A DNA stretch of 47,229 nt from Chloroflexota bacterium (GTDB lineage: Bacteria; Chloroflexota; Dormibacteria; Dormibacterales; Dormibacteraceae), in contig VBDS01000012.1 in NCBI GenBank assembly GCA_005889085.1, positions 1 through 47,229 on the forward strand, given 5' to 3'. The notes under the pieces are model-generated. The model searched no databases and was not told the DNA's origin. It saw nothing but the letters and a program-made list of their open reading frames with translations. Positions 34,132 through 43,074 of the stretch are shown here, in pieces (the stretch's first letter is position 1; every line of letters starts with the position of its first letter). The translations under genes and the position numbers were made by a program.

Positions 34132-35605
34132 CCGGGGGCTCGATGCTGACGATCCGGCCTTCGTACATGACGGCGACGCGGTCCGACAGCGAACGAACCT
34201 CGTCGAGCTCGGCGGACACGAGCAGCACGGCCGCGCCGTTGTCGCGCTCGCGCACGATCTGACGGTGGATGAACTCGATCGCGCCGATGTCGACGCCGCG
34301 CGTCGGCTGCGCCGCCAGCAGCACTTTGGGATTGGTGCCGATCTCTCGCGCCACGATGACCTTCTGCTGGTTGCCCCCTGAGAGGTTGCGGACGGCGACC
34401 TCGATGCTCGGGGTGCGGATGTCGAACTCCTTGACCAGCTTCAGGGCCCAATTCCGGATCGCGATGAGGTTAAGAACGAAATGACGCCAAGAAAAGGTCG
34501 GCGTGCGCTCGCGGCCGAGGATCGAGTTCTCGGCGATCGAGAAGCTCAGCACGAGGCCGGTGCCTCGCCGGTCCTCAGGAATGAACGCGACCCCCGCGTC
34601 ACGCTCTGTATTTGCGTCCATCGTCGTGATGTCTCTTCCCGCGAGCAAGACCTGCCCGCCGGTGGCGCGACGGGTGCCCGCGAGCACCTCCATCAGCTCG
34701 CTCTGCCCGTTGCCCTCGACGCCCGCGATCCCCAGGATCTCGCCGTAGCGCAGCTCGAACGACGCACCTTTGAGGGCCGGCACCGACTGATCCGAGTTTG
34801 CCGTGAGATTTTCAACCGCGAGCGCAACGCCGCCTGGCTTGGCTGGGGATTTGTCGACACGCAGCAGGACTGCGCGCCCCACCATCAGGGTGGCGATCTC
34901 CTCTTCGTTGGTGTCTTTGGTGATCAGGTGGCCGACCACCTTGCCGCGCCGCATCACGGTGATGCGATCGGAGATCTCGAGCACCTCCTTCAGCTTGTGG
35001 CTGATGAAGATGATCGTCTTGCCACCCTTGACCAGGTCGCGCAGCACAGCGAAGAGGTCCTTGCTCTCCTGCGGCGTGAGCACGCCCGTCGGCTCGTCGA
35101 GGATGAGAATGTCCGCGCCGCGATAGAGCACCTTCACGATCTCCGCCCGCTGCTGCAGGCCCACCGGCAGGTCGCCCATGCGCGCGTCGGGATCGAGGGC
35201 GAGGCCATAGCGCTTGGTAAGCTCGGCGATGGCCTTCCGTGCGCGAGCGCGGTCGTAGAAATCGGGCCCGGTCGCCGGCTCGCGGCCGAGCATGATGTTC
35301 TCGCCCACCGAGAAGACCGGGATCAGCATGAAGTGCTGGTGCACCATGCCGATGCCGAGCCCGATTGCGTCGCGCGGTCCGGCGATCTGCACCGTCTTGC
35401 CGTTGATCAAGATCTCGCCCGAGTCCGGGTGGACTAGCCCATAGAGGATGTTCATCAAGGTCGACTTCCCGGCTCCGTTCTCGCCGACCAGCGCGTGGAT
35501 CTCGCCGCGGCGCACGCTGAAATCCACCTCATTGTTGGCGAGCACGCCGGGGAACTGCTTGGTGATGCCGCGCATCTCGACCGCGAGCCCCGCTTGCTCG
35601 TTCAT
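34034..35605 (-). CDS. Two-NBD ABC ATPase of a BMP-family (nucleoside/simple sugar) importer
   Basis: MNEQAG start with ATGA overlap to the upstream permease. [17 protein letters not shown] and ILDEPTGVL; the second NBD has LSGGNQQK. The listed 1075-aa ORF is a read-through artefact. The last 20 or so codons ([17 protein letters not shown]) are encoded by the palindromic repeat element. Confidence 0.9.
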   Translation of the reverse strand: MNEQAGLAVEMRGITKQFPGVLANNEVDFSVRRGEIHALVGENGAGKSTLMNILYGLVHPDSGEILINGKTVQIAGPRDAIGLGIGMVHQHFMLIPVFSVGENIMLGREPATGPDFYDRARARKAIAELTKRYGLALDPDARMGDLPVGLQQRAEIVKVLYRGADILILDEPTGVLTPQESKDLFAVLRDLVKGGKTIIFISHKLKEVLEISDRITVMRRGKVVGHLITKDTNEEEIATLMVGRAVLLRVDKSPAKPGGVALAVENLTANSDQSVPALKGASFELRYGEILGIAGVEGNGQSELMEVLAGTRRATGGQVLLAGRDITTMDANTERDAGVAFIPEDRRGTGLVLSFSIAENSILGRERTPTFSWRHFVLNLIAIRNWALKLVKEFDIRTPSIEVAVRNLSGGNQQKVIVAREIGTNPKVLLAAQPTRGVDIGAIEFIHRQIVRERDNGAAVLLVSAELDEVRSLSDRVAVMYEGRIVSIEPPDTPEERLGLLMTGGGSSPSMGRRPAGPEGLEA

Positions 35606-36552
35606 TCCGAGCCTGGCACGTAGGGCAGGCCGTCGGCCGCGGGCGGAATGCTGCGTCCCACCAATCCCGCGAGGACGATGAGGGTCAGGAGGTACGGCAG
35701 CATGCTGAGCAGGTACGGCGAGATGTGGATGATCGAGTTGTTGTCGTAGATCGCCTGGCCCAAACCGAAGATGAGGCACGCGACGAACGCACCGAAAGGA
35801 GTCCATTTGCCGAAGATCATCGCCGCGAGCGCGATGTATCCTCGGCCGTCGGTCATGTTGGGCACGAAGGTGTTCGAGATGCCGATTGCGAGGAAGGCAC
35901 CCGACAGGCCTGACAGCAGGCCGCTTGTCACGACCGCTCCGTAGCGGATCGCAAACACATTGATGCCCGCAGTGTCGGCGGCCTGGGGATGCTCGCCGAC
36001 CGCGCGGATGCGCAGGCCCAGTCGCGTGCGGAACAGCACGAGGTGGGTCAGGACGAGGAGCACGAGGGCCACATAGACGATCACGTTTTGCTGGAAGAAC
36101 ACTTTGCCGAGGAACGGGATCTGGTCGAGGCCCGGCACGTTGATGTTCGGCAGGAGCGCGCTCTGGTCGACGTGTCCCACGTCCTGCAGCCCGTAGATGC
36201 GGTTGATGAGGAAGACCGTGAGGCCGGCCGCGAAGATGTTGATGGCGATGCCGCTGACGATCTGGTCTGCCCGAAACTGGATCGACACGACTGCATGGAC
36301 CATGGCCATCAGCGCGCCGGCGAGCATCGCTACACCGGTGGCCAGCCAGGGGTTGTGCCACGCGAGGTCGGCCGCCACGCCGAAGAAGGCGCCGGTCAGC
36401 ATCATGCCCTCCATCGCGATGTTCACCACGCCGCTGCGCTCCGAGATCGTCCCGCCGAGCGCGGGTAGGAGCAGCAGGATGGCGGCGGCGAGCGTCGCCT
36501 GCCACAGGTTCGCAGTGATGAGCAGGTGCAGGATGTCGCCGATCGCGGACAC
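35602..36552 (-). CDS. BMP-family ABC transporter permease
   Basis: 316-aa polytopic protein: GGTISERSGVVNIAMEGMMLTGAF. Confidence 0.9.
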   Translation of the reverse strand: MSAIGDILHLLITANLWQATLAAAILLLLPALGGTISERSGVVNIAMEGMMLTGAFFGVAADLAWHNPWLATGVAMLAGALMAMVHAVVSIQFRADQIVSGIAINIFAAGLTVFLINRIYGLQDVGHVDQSALLPNINVPGLDQIPFLGKVFFQQNVIVYVALVLLVLTHLVLFRTRLGLRIRAVGEHPQAADTAGINVFAIRYGAVVTSGLLSGLSGAFLAIGISNTFVPNMTDGRGYIALAAMIFGKWTPFGAFVACLIFGLGQAIYDNNSIIHISPYLLSMLPYLLTLIVLAGLVGRSIPPAADGLPYVPGSE

Positions 36553-36555
36553 GGT

Positions 36556-37770
36556 TCAGGCCTCCGTGGGCGGCGCCGCCGCCTCGGTCATCATCGGAGC
36601 CGCGGGCGGTAGGTCGGGGGGCAGTGCGGTGGGCCTGCCAAGGCCGGGGATGCGCTGCCGGATGGCACCCACAAAGTTGGCCGCGATGGAGAAGAGGATC
36701 AGCGCCTGGAGGATGAAGACCAGGTTGCCGGAGATGCCGGCGTCGGCCTGCATCACGGATCCGCCTGCGTGCAGAGCGCCGAACAGGATCGCCGCGAGCA
36801 CGATACCCACTGCGCTGCCGAGACCGAGCAACGCGACCGCGATCGCATCGAAGCCGGTCGTGTCGCTGAAGTACTTGTCGGTCAGGTTGTGGTCGACGCC
36901 GGCGATCTCGATCGCGCCGGCCAGGCCGGCGAACCCGCCGGCGATCAGCATCGTCACGATGATGGTGCGGCGCACGCTGATCCCCGCGTAGCGCGCCGCC
37001 TTCTGGCTCTGCCCGACCGCGCGGATCTCGTAACCGAGCGAGGTCCGCCACAGGAGAAACGCAAAGCCGGCGGCCGCCGCAAGCGCGATCAAGAGTCCGG
37101 TGTGGACTCGAAAGACGCTGGACGGCAGGCCCAGGATGATCAGCGAGTTGTCGTTGGGCAGCAGGGTCGCCAGGCGCGCACCGGCTCCGATCGGCGAGGA
37201 CTTCGAGGTTCCAGGAGCGAGCTGCAGCGGGCCGCCGACGATCAGGTAGCGCAGGAACCACTGCGCGATGTAATTCATCATGATCGTCGTCACGACCTCA
37301 TGAGCGCCGATGGTGGCTTTCAGAACGCCGGCGACTCCCGCCCACAGTGCGCCCCCGACCATGCCGCCGACCAGGACCATCGGCAGCAGGATGGGTGACG
37401 GCAGCGAGCTGAACTTGATCCCTATAGCGGTGCACGCGATCGAACCGGCGAGCAGCTGACCCTCCGCGCCGATGTTGAACAGGCCGGCGCGGAACGGCAG
37501 CGCCACTGCGATACCCGCGGTGATGAGCGGGATGACGAACACGATCGTGTTCGAGATCTGGAGGCCGGGGTTTTCGCCACCGGCGCACCCGATGCCGAAG
37601 CCGCCGCAGACGAGCGCCGCATAGGCGCTGAAGGGGTTGCCGCCGGTCGCGGCCACGATCAGCCCGCCGAGCACGAAAGCGAGCAGCACGGAACCGAGTG
37701 GCATCGCAAGGCCGGTAGTCAGGCGGCGGACCATCGCTGGCATCGAGCGTGGCCGGGGACGGGTCGTCAT
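36556..37770 (-). CDS. BMP-family ABC transporter permease
   Basis: 404-aa polytopic protein: ALPFRAGLFNIGAEGQLLAG. Confidence 0.9.
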   Translation of the reverse strand: MTTRPRPRSMPAMVRRLTTGLAMPLGSVLLAFVLGGLIVAATGGNPFSAYAALVCGGFGIGCAGGENPGLQISNTIVFVIPLITAGIAVALPFRAGLFNIGAEGQLLAGSIACTAIGIKFSSLPSPILLPMVLVGGMVGGALWAGVAGVLKATIGAHEVVTTIMMNYIAQWFLRYLIVGGPLQLAPGTSKSSPIGAGARLATLLPNDNSLIILGLPSSVFRVHTGLLIALAAAAGFAFLLWRTSLGYEIRAVGQSQKAARYAGISVRRTIIVTMLIAGGFAGLAGAIEIAGVDHNLTDKYFSDTTGFDAIAVALLGLGSAVGIVLAAILFGALHAGGSVMQADAGISGNLVFILQALILFSIAANFVGAIRQRIPGLGRPTALPPDLPPAAPMMTEAAAPPTEA

Positions 37771-37793
37771 TGAGCCCGTCCCCGACCTGGTGA

Positions 37794-38828
37794 TTACGGA
37801 GTCGGAATGTCGGCCGGCGGGGTGAGCGTGCCTGCCTTGATCTTGTCCTGGAAGGTCTTGAGCTCGGTCTGGAGCTCGGCCGGTACGGTCAGGTTGTCGA
37901 CCGCGTAGCCGGCGCCGTCATTGGCGATGCTGAACGTCAGCGCGCCTGCCTGGAACTGGCCGTTGACGACGTTCTTGATCGCGGTGTAGGTGGCAACGTC
38001 GACCTTCTTCAGCGCGCTGGCGATGACTGAGGGGTCTGCGTCTTTCTGGTCAGCGTCGACGCCGATGCTGTAGACGCCTGCTTGCCCCGCGCCCTGCAGG
38101 ACGCCGAGTCCGCAACCGCCGGCCACCTGGAAGAGGATGTCGGCATTCGAGTTGATCATGCTGGTCGCCTGCCCTTTGCACTTGGCCGGGTCGGTGAAGT
38201 CGTTCGAGTAGCCGACCAGAACCTTGATCGACGGGTCTTCCATAGTGGCAGCCCACTTGTAACCCGCGATGTAGTGGTTGACCGGCGGAATGCTGATACC
38301 GCCGACCGCGCCGATCACGTGCTTGTTCTTCTTCGCCTTTCCGTTCTTCTCCATCCAGCCGGCGATGACGCCCACCATGGCGCCTGCGTCCTGCTCTTTG
38401 AAGAAAAGGGATTCGACGTTGGTGTGCTTGAGGTCGTTGCCGTTGGCGTCAGTACCCGCCCCGTCGATGATCGCGAAGTGGATGTTCGGGAACTGGCCCG
38501 AGACGGTACCCACCGCCTCTTGCATCAGGAAGCCGACTCCTATCACGAGGTCGTAGTTCTTGGACGCGAAGCCGGTCAGGTTGTTCACATAGTCGTTGCC
38601 GCTCTTCGACTCCGTGACGTCGTCCTTGATGCCGAAGTCGGTCTTCGCCTTCTCTAGCCCGACGTAAGCGAGATGGTTGAAGCTCTTGTCGTTGAGACCG
38701 CCGATGTCGGTGACGAGCCCGATCTTGTACTGCTTGGAAGTGCCGGGATTGTTGCTTCCGCCGCAGGCCATTGCAACCATCAAGACCACGGCAGCCACAC
38801 CCAGGAATTTGAACCGCTTATACGCCAT
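37794..38828 (-). CDS. BMP-family (PnrA/Med-like) ABC substrate-binding lipoprotein
   Basis: Lipobox MACGG. IGLVTDIGGLNDKSFN and GVGFLM. Shine-Dalgarno sequence GAAGGGAGAG upstream. Confidence 0.9.
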   Translation of the reverse strand: MAYKRFKFLGVAAVVLMVAMACGGSNNPGTSKQYKIGLVTDIGGLNDKSFNHLAYVGLEKAKTDFGIKDDVTESKSGNDYVNNLTGFASKNYDLVIGVGFLMQEAVGTVSGQFPNIHFAIIDGAGTDANGNDLKHTNVESLFFKEQDAGAMVGVIAGWMEKNGKAKKNKHVIGAVGGISIPPVNHYIAGYKWAATMEDPSIKVLVGYSNDFTDPAKCKGQATSMINSNADILFQVAGGCGLGVLQGAGQAGVYSIGVDADQKDADPSVIASALKKVDVATYTAIKNVVNGQFQAGALTFSIANDGAGYAVDNLTVPAELQTELKTFQDKIKAGTLTPPADIPTP

Positions 38829-38851
38829 CCTCGTTGCTCTCCCTTCAACTG

Positions 38852-38874
38852 AAAAAGCCCAGGCGCGGCTGGGC
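38852..38874 (-). promoter_or_regulatory. Terminator-like hairpin plus U-tract in the 5' leader of the BMP transporter operon (candidate attenuator)
   Basis: Minus-strand RNA reads GCCCAG-ccgcgc-CUGGGC-UUUUU (stem 38857-38862 with 38869-38874; U-tract 38852-38856). It sits about 25 nt upstream of the SBP ATG, with no upstream same-strand gene. A TGTACAAT extended -10-like box lies about 30 nt further upstream. Confidence 0.35.
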
Positions 38875-38946
38875 GCGGATCGCTCGGTCGGCCGGATTGT
38901 ACACCCGCCTTATCTGGTGGTCTGGGAGCGCAGAGAATTGCAGGGG

Positions 38947-40239
38947 ATGAACGTTCTCGAGGTCATCGGGCGCAAGCGCGACGGGCACGAGCACTCGCCC
39001 GAAGAGATCCAGTTTCTCCTCGGCGGCTACCTGCGAAAGGAGATCCCCGACTACCAGATGGCGGCCTGGCTGATGGCGGTCTGCATCCGCGGCATGACCG
39101 CGCCGGAGACCCTCGCGCTGACCAGGGCGATGATCGAAAGCGGCGAGGTCCTCGACCTGAGCACGATCCCGGGCATCAAAGTCGACAAGCACTCGACCGG
39201 AGGCGTCGGTGACAAGGTGACGCTGGTCGCGGCGCCGCTCGCGGCCGCATGCGGGGTCAAGGTGCCCAAGCTCAGCGGCCGCGCTCTGGCCCACACCGGC
39301 GGCACACTGGACAAGCTCGAGTCGGTCCCGGGGCTCACAGTCGACCTCGAGCCTGAGCGATTCATCAAGCAGGTCCTCGAGGTCGGCATCGCAGTCGCGG
39401 CGCAATCGCCGCGCATGGTGCCGGCGGACAAGCTGCTCTACGCGCTGCGCGACGTCACCGCGACTGTGCCGTCGGTACCGCTCATCGCGTCGAGCGTGAT
39501 GTCGAAGAAGATTGCCGCCGGCGCGGATGCCATCGTTCTCGACGTGAAATTCGGGCGCGGCGCCTTCATGCCAGATTTCGCGTCAGCCGAGGAGCTGGCC
39601 AAAGAGATGGTGACGCTCGGCGAAGGCGCAGGGCGGCGCACGGTGGCGCTGGTCACCGCGATGGACAACCCGCTGGGCCGCTCGGTCGGCAACGCGCTCG
39701 AGGTCCAGGAGGCGCTCGACGCGCTTTCCGGAGAGGGCGACGCGGAGCTGCTCCAGGTGTGCCTCAGGGTGACCCGCGAGATGTGCGAGCTGGCGGGCGT
39801 GCGGGCCGACCCGGAGAAAGTGATGCGCTCAGGTGCGGGGCGCCAGACCTTCGAGCGCATGCTCGTCGCCCAGGGAGGTCACCTGGAGCAGGGGCTTCCC
39901 GTGGCGCCGGTCCAGGTTCCTGTGACCGCCGACCGAAACGGACACGTCGAAGCGATCGACGCGCTCGAGGTCGGCCTGTCGGCGCTCGAGCTCGGCGCGG
40001 GGCGACTGCGCAAGGAGGACAGGGTCGATCCGGCCGCGGGCGTCGTCATCGAAGCACCGGTCGGCGCGCGGGTGCGATCCGGAGATCCGCTCGTGACCGT
40101 GCACGCGCGCTCGAACGAGCTGGTCGAGCGCGTCACGAAGCGCTTGCGCAACGCCTGGCGACTGACCGATCGCGAAGTGGGTAAGCCGCCTCACGTACTC
40201 GCCCGGGTCGACAAGAACGGAATTGCAAAGGGCGATTAG
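38947..40239 (+). CDS. deoA: Pyrimidine-nucleoside / thymidine phosphorylase
   Basis: MNVLEVIGRKRDG, DYQMAAWLMAV and KVDKHSTGGVGDKVTL...HTGGTLDKLES. Confidence 0.9.
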   Translation: MNVLEVIGRKRDGHEHSPEEIQFLLGGYLRKEIPDYQMAAWLMAVCIRGMTAPETLALTRAMIESGEVLDLSTIPGIKVDKHSTGGVGDKVTLVAAPLAAACGVKVPKLSGRALAHTGGTLDKLESVPGLTVDLEPERFIKQVLEVGIAVAAQSPRMVPADKLLYALRDVTATVPSVPLIASSVMSKKIAAGADAIVLDVKFGRGAFMPDFASAEELAKEMVTLGEGAGRRTVALVTAMDNPLGRSVGNALEVQEALDALSGEGDAELLQVCLRVTREMCELAGVRADPEKVMRSGAGRQTFERMLVAQGGHLEQGLPVAPVQVPVTADRNGHVEAIDALEVGLSALELGAGRLRKEDRVDPAAGVVIEAPVGARVRSGDPLVTVHARSNELVERVTKRLRNAWRLTDREVGKPPHVLARVDKNGIAKGD

Positions 40240-41020
40240 TATTCGCCCAGTGTCCGTAACCGAAAAGAAGTACCACGTCGGCCTTGGCCCGGGCGAAGTC
40301 GGCGAGTACGTCCTTGTGCCGGGGGATCCGGGACGGACGCCGATGATCGCCAAGTATCTCGAAGGCGCGCGCGAAGTCGCGTTCAGCCGTGAGTACCGAA
40401 CATTCACTGGTTCGCTCGACGGCGTGAAGGTGTCGGCGATGTCGACTGGAATGGGAGGCCCCTCGGTGGCGATCGCCGTAGAAGAGCTGAACGAGCTCGG
40501 CGTGCATACCTTTCTTCGTGTGGGCACCTGCGGAGCGGCGCAGCCGGAGATCAAGATGGGCGACCTCGTCATCGCATATGGAGCCGTTCGAACCGAGGGC
40601 ACTCCCAACGGATATGTGCCGCCCGAGTACCCCGCGGTCGCGTCGCTCGAAGTGGTCAACGCGCTGGTCGAAGCGGCTGAGGCGTCGGGCGCCCCTCATC
40701 ACATCGGCGTGATTCGCTCCGTGGACGCTCTCTACTCAGACCTGCTGCCCGACCGCATGCCTCGCCCGCACCTGCGTGACGAGCTCGAGATGTGGTCGAA
40801 GGCCGGCGTGCTGAGCAACGATATGGAGTCGTCGACGTTGTTCGTCGTGGCTCGGCTGCGCAAGCTGCGGGCGGGAACGATCAACCTTTGCGTGGATGAG
40901 CTCGGAGCCGGAGAGATCCATCACCTCGACCCGTCGTACATGGACCGCATGCTGAAAGTCGCCGTAGACGCATTGCGCCGCCTGATCGCGCGTGACGCCC
41001 GTGCCGCTCAGCGTAAGTAA
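40223..41020 (+). CDS. udp: Uridine phosphorylase-type nucleoside phosphorylase (PNP_UDP_1 family)
   Basis: VLVPGDPGR, STGMGGPSVAIAVEEL and FLRVGTCGA. GTG 40250 is an alternative start that avoids overlap with deoA. Confidence 0.75.
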   Translation: MQRAISIRPVSVTEKKYHVGLGPGEVGEYVLVPGDPGRTPMIAKYLEGAREVAFSREYRTFTGSLDGVKVSAMSTGMGGPSVAIAVEELNELGVHTFLRVGTCGAAQPEIKMGDLVIAYGAVRTEGTPNGYVPPEYPAVASLEVVNALVEAAEASGAPHHIGVIRSVDALYSDLLPDRMPRPHLRDELEMWSKAGVLSNDMESSTLFVVARLRKLRAGTINLCVDELGAGEIHHLDPSYMDRMLKVAVDALRRLIARDARAAQRK

Positions 41021-41621
41021 GCACCCGCTCGTCGCGGACAGCCTTCGCGGCCTGCGTGACAGCACGACGCAGCCCGACGAATTTCGCGCCCTGGCGCGCA
41101 ATGTCATCACCATGCTCCTGTACGAGGCGACGGCCGACCTGCCGGTCAAACACGGCAAGGTGCGGACTCCTCTCGCCGAGGCGGACGCCATCGAGATCGA
41201 GACGGAGGTGGTCGCGATCCCGGTGCTTCGTGCCGGACTCGGTTTGCTGGCTCCGGTGCTCGAGCTTTTGCCGCGCGTCAGCGTCGGCTACATCGGCCTG
41301 GAACGCGACGAGAAAACCGCCGTCGCGCGGATCTACTACAACAAGCTGCCTCGTCTGACGGGCAAGATCCCGCTCCTTCTCGACCCGATGCTCGCGACCG
41401 GCGGGTCAGCCGCGCAGGCGCTGGATCTCATCAAAGAGGCAGGGGGTCGCGACACGCGGATGATCTGCATCGTCGCCGCGCCGGAGGGAGTGAAGGTGCT
41501 CGAGGAACGCCATCCCGAGGTCGACATCTACACGGCGGCCCTGGACGAGCGCCTCGACGATCGTGCCTACATCGTGCCGGGCCTGGGCGACTTCGGGGAC
41601 AGATTGTTCGGGACGGGCTGA
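40992..41621 (+). CDS. upp: Uracil phosphoribosyltransferase
   Basis: KHPLVADSLRGLRD, VAIPVLRAGLG, LLLDPMLATGGSA and YIVPGLGDFGDRLFGT. Confidence 0.9.
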   Translation: MTPVPLSVSKHPLVADSLRGLRDSTTQPDEFRALARNVITMLLYEATADLPVKHGKVRTPLAEADAIEIETEVVAIPVLRAGLGLLAPVLELLPRVSVGYIGLERDEKTAVARIYYNKLPRLTGKIPLLLDPMLATGGSAAQALDLIKEAGGRDTRMICIVAAPEGVKVLEERHPEVDIYTAALDERLDDRAYIVPGLGDFGDRLFGTG

Positions 41622-41634
41622 GGACCGGATGTGT

Positions 41635-41650
41635 CGTTAGGCGCCTAACG
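41635..41650. repeat. Perfect 16-bp palindrome CGTTAGGCGCCTAACG, copy 1
   Basis: The sequence is its own reverse complement. It is embedded in a 19-nt direct repeat, TCGTTAGGCGCCTAACGCG. Confidence 0.85.
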
Positions 41651-41676
41651 CGCGTATGGCTCGCCTTTGGATGATT

Positions 41677-41692
41677 CGTTAGGCGCCTAACG
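41677..41692. repeat. Perfect 16-bp palindrome CGTTAGGCGCCTAACG, copy 2
   Basis: Identical to copy 1, with centres 42 bp apart. The pair is bracketed by inverted AGGACC (41621-41626) and GGTCCT (41697-41702). Confidence 0.85.
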
Positions 41693-41746
41693 CGTGGTCC
41701 TGGTTAGAGCGGACGTCCCCCGCTTCCCGCTCCAGCTGCACCTCGA

Positions 41747-42037
41747 TCAGTTGCCGGAACGAGCCGCGCGAGATGACCGTGCGTCCTGGACGGTCACAAT
41801 GACGACTCGGTCATCGTCTTCAAAATAGACGTAAACGACGAGCATCCAGCGCCAGGGACCCAACACGAAACGAAAACCAGACCATCGGCCACCTAGCTCC
41901 GGGCCGAGCCGTGGAAAGCGACCAAGTGGACGTACTGCGCTCTTGAGCCTCTGTTTTGTGTTCTTGGGCAGGCTATGAGTTCGGATCAATCGATCCAGGT
42001 CGGTCGCGGCCGACCTGGATACTTCGACCCGCGCCAC
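41747..42037 (-). CDS. Type II toxin, RelE/ParE family
   Basis: 96 aa: A..DLDRLI...L.RFPRLGPEL......RFVLGPW..LVVYVYFEDDDRVVIVTVQDAR. It starts 3 nt downstream of the antitoxin stop. A/T-ending codons are visibly more frequent than in neighbouring genes. Confidence 0.8.
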   Translation of the reverse strand: MARVEVSRSAATDLDRLIRTHSLPKNTKQRLKSAVRPLGRFPRLGPELGGRWSGFRFVLGPWRWMLVVYVYFEDDDRVVIVTVQDARSSRAARSGN

Positions 42038-42040
42038 GGG

Positions 42041-42313
42041 TTATAGGTCGTCCAGACGTATCGTCCGACCGGCTTTGGCGTCCTCGAGTCCTTGCTGGGC
42101 CCGCTCAAACGCCCCGGGTAGGCCGTCCAAGAGGGCCGCGGCGTGGCGCGGATCAGGGTCGGCTTCATCGAGCGCTTGTGAAAGAAGTGATCGCGCGAGC
42201 GTGCCTTCATTCACGTGCGTTCGCTGAGCCAACTTTGCGAGCTTGGCAGCGTACGCATGATCAAGGGTGACATTGAGCCGACGGTTCGTATCAGGTATGA
42301 TACGAGAGTACAC
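42041..42313 (-). CDS. Type II antitoxin, ribbon-helix-helix (CopG/ParD-like)
   Basis: RRLNVTLDHAYAAKLAKLAQRTHVNEGTLARSLLSQAL fits the RHH beta-alpha-alpha pattern. GTG start. Confidence 0.75.
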   Translation of the reverse strand: MYSRIIPDTNRRLNVTLDHAYAAKLAKLAQRTHVNEGTLARSLLSQALDEADPDPRHAAALLDGLPGAFERAQQGLEDAKAGRTIRLDDL

Positions 42314-42357
42314 GAATCAGCACATTACGTGCATGTGACGTCTTTTAGACTCTCGCA

Positions 42358-43011
42358 ATGAGTCGCTTCATCGACCTCAGCCATCCGATCGAAGAGGGCA
42401 TGGAAACCTACCGGCCTTTGCCCACGCCTCGGGTCGACGTTCTTAACGACTATGACGCATCGCGGTACGAGGGCAAGTCGGAGTTCCTGATCGCCTCCTT
42501 GCACGTTTGCGGCAACACGGGGACTTACGTCGACTCACCTAAGCATCGGTATCGGCAAGGAGTCGACCTTGCCGGCCTGCCACTAGAGCGCCTCGCCGAC
42601 CTCCCGATCGTGGTCGTCGATGCAACCGGGATCGGCCGGGCGATCGGTCCTAACGCTCTACCTGCAGATGACCTGGAGGGCAAAGGTCTACTTGTCCGCA
42701 CCGACTTCTCGCGCCATTGGCGCACGGACAGCTATTTCAGCGACAATCCATTCCTGACCGCCGAGGCCTGCCAGGCGCTCGTAGCAGCCGGGGTGGCATT
42801 TGTCGGGATCGACTCATTGAACATCGATGACATCGCCGACTTGGCCCGTCCGGCTCACACCATCTTGCTCGGCGCTGGCGTCCCGGTATGCGAGCACATG
42901 ACCAACCTGGCGTCGGTCGAGTCCGGCACCGGACGTCTCCATGCGGTCCCGATAGCCTGGGTCGGTGGCGCGACCTTTCCGGTACGCGCCTACATAGTCA
43001 GCGACCAGTAG
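42358..43011 (+). CDS. Cyclase-family (kynurenine formamidase-like) protein with a degenerate metal motif
   Basis: FIDLSHPIEEGM. The canonical HxGTHxDxPxH reads NTGTYVDSPKH here, so two of the His residues are replaced. Confidence 0.75.
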   Translation: MSRFIDLSHPIEEGMETYRPLPTPRVDVLNDYDASRYEGKSEFLIASLHVCGNTGTYVDSPKHRYRQGVDLAGLPLERLADLPIVVVDATGIGRAIGPNALPADDLEGKGLLVRTDFSRHWRTDSYFSDNPFLTAEACQALVAAGVAFVGIDSLNIDDIADLARPAHTILLGAGVPVCEHMTNLASVESGTGRLHAVPIAWVGGATFPVRAYIVSDQ

Positions 43012-43074
43012 ACAGGGCGCCCCGACGCTGGGCCCTCCCTAACCCATCCCGGCGAGCGGGGAGGGGAAGCTCCG

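Noticed and set aside
34034-37261. A 1075-aa ORF that appears to be one giant protein.
   Set aside because: Only the C-terminal 523 aa (from ATG 35605) form the ABC ATPase. The upstream part is an out-of-frame read-through of the two permease genes, which have their own convincing frames.
38880-38930. A PyrR-type binding loop (ARUCCAGAGAGGYU) in the BMP operon leader.
   Set aside because: The closest string (CUCCCAGACCACCAGAUAAGG) does not match the consensus well enough.
43033-43065. CCCTCCC...GGGAGGG inverted repeat between the cyclase and add 3' ends, considered as a terminator or a further copy of the palindromic element.
   Set aside because: The 19-nt loop, the lack of a U-tract on either strand and only loose similarity to the CCTCCCCAT element make this too weak to call.
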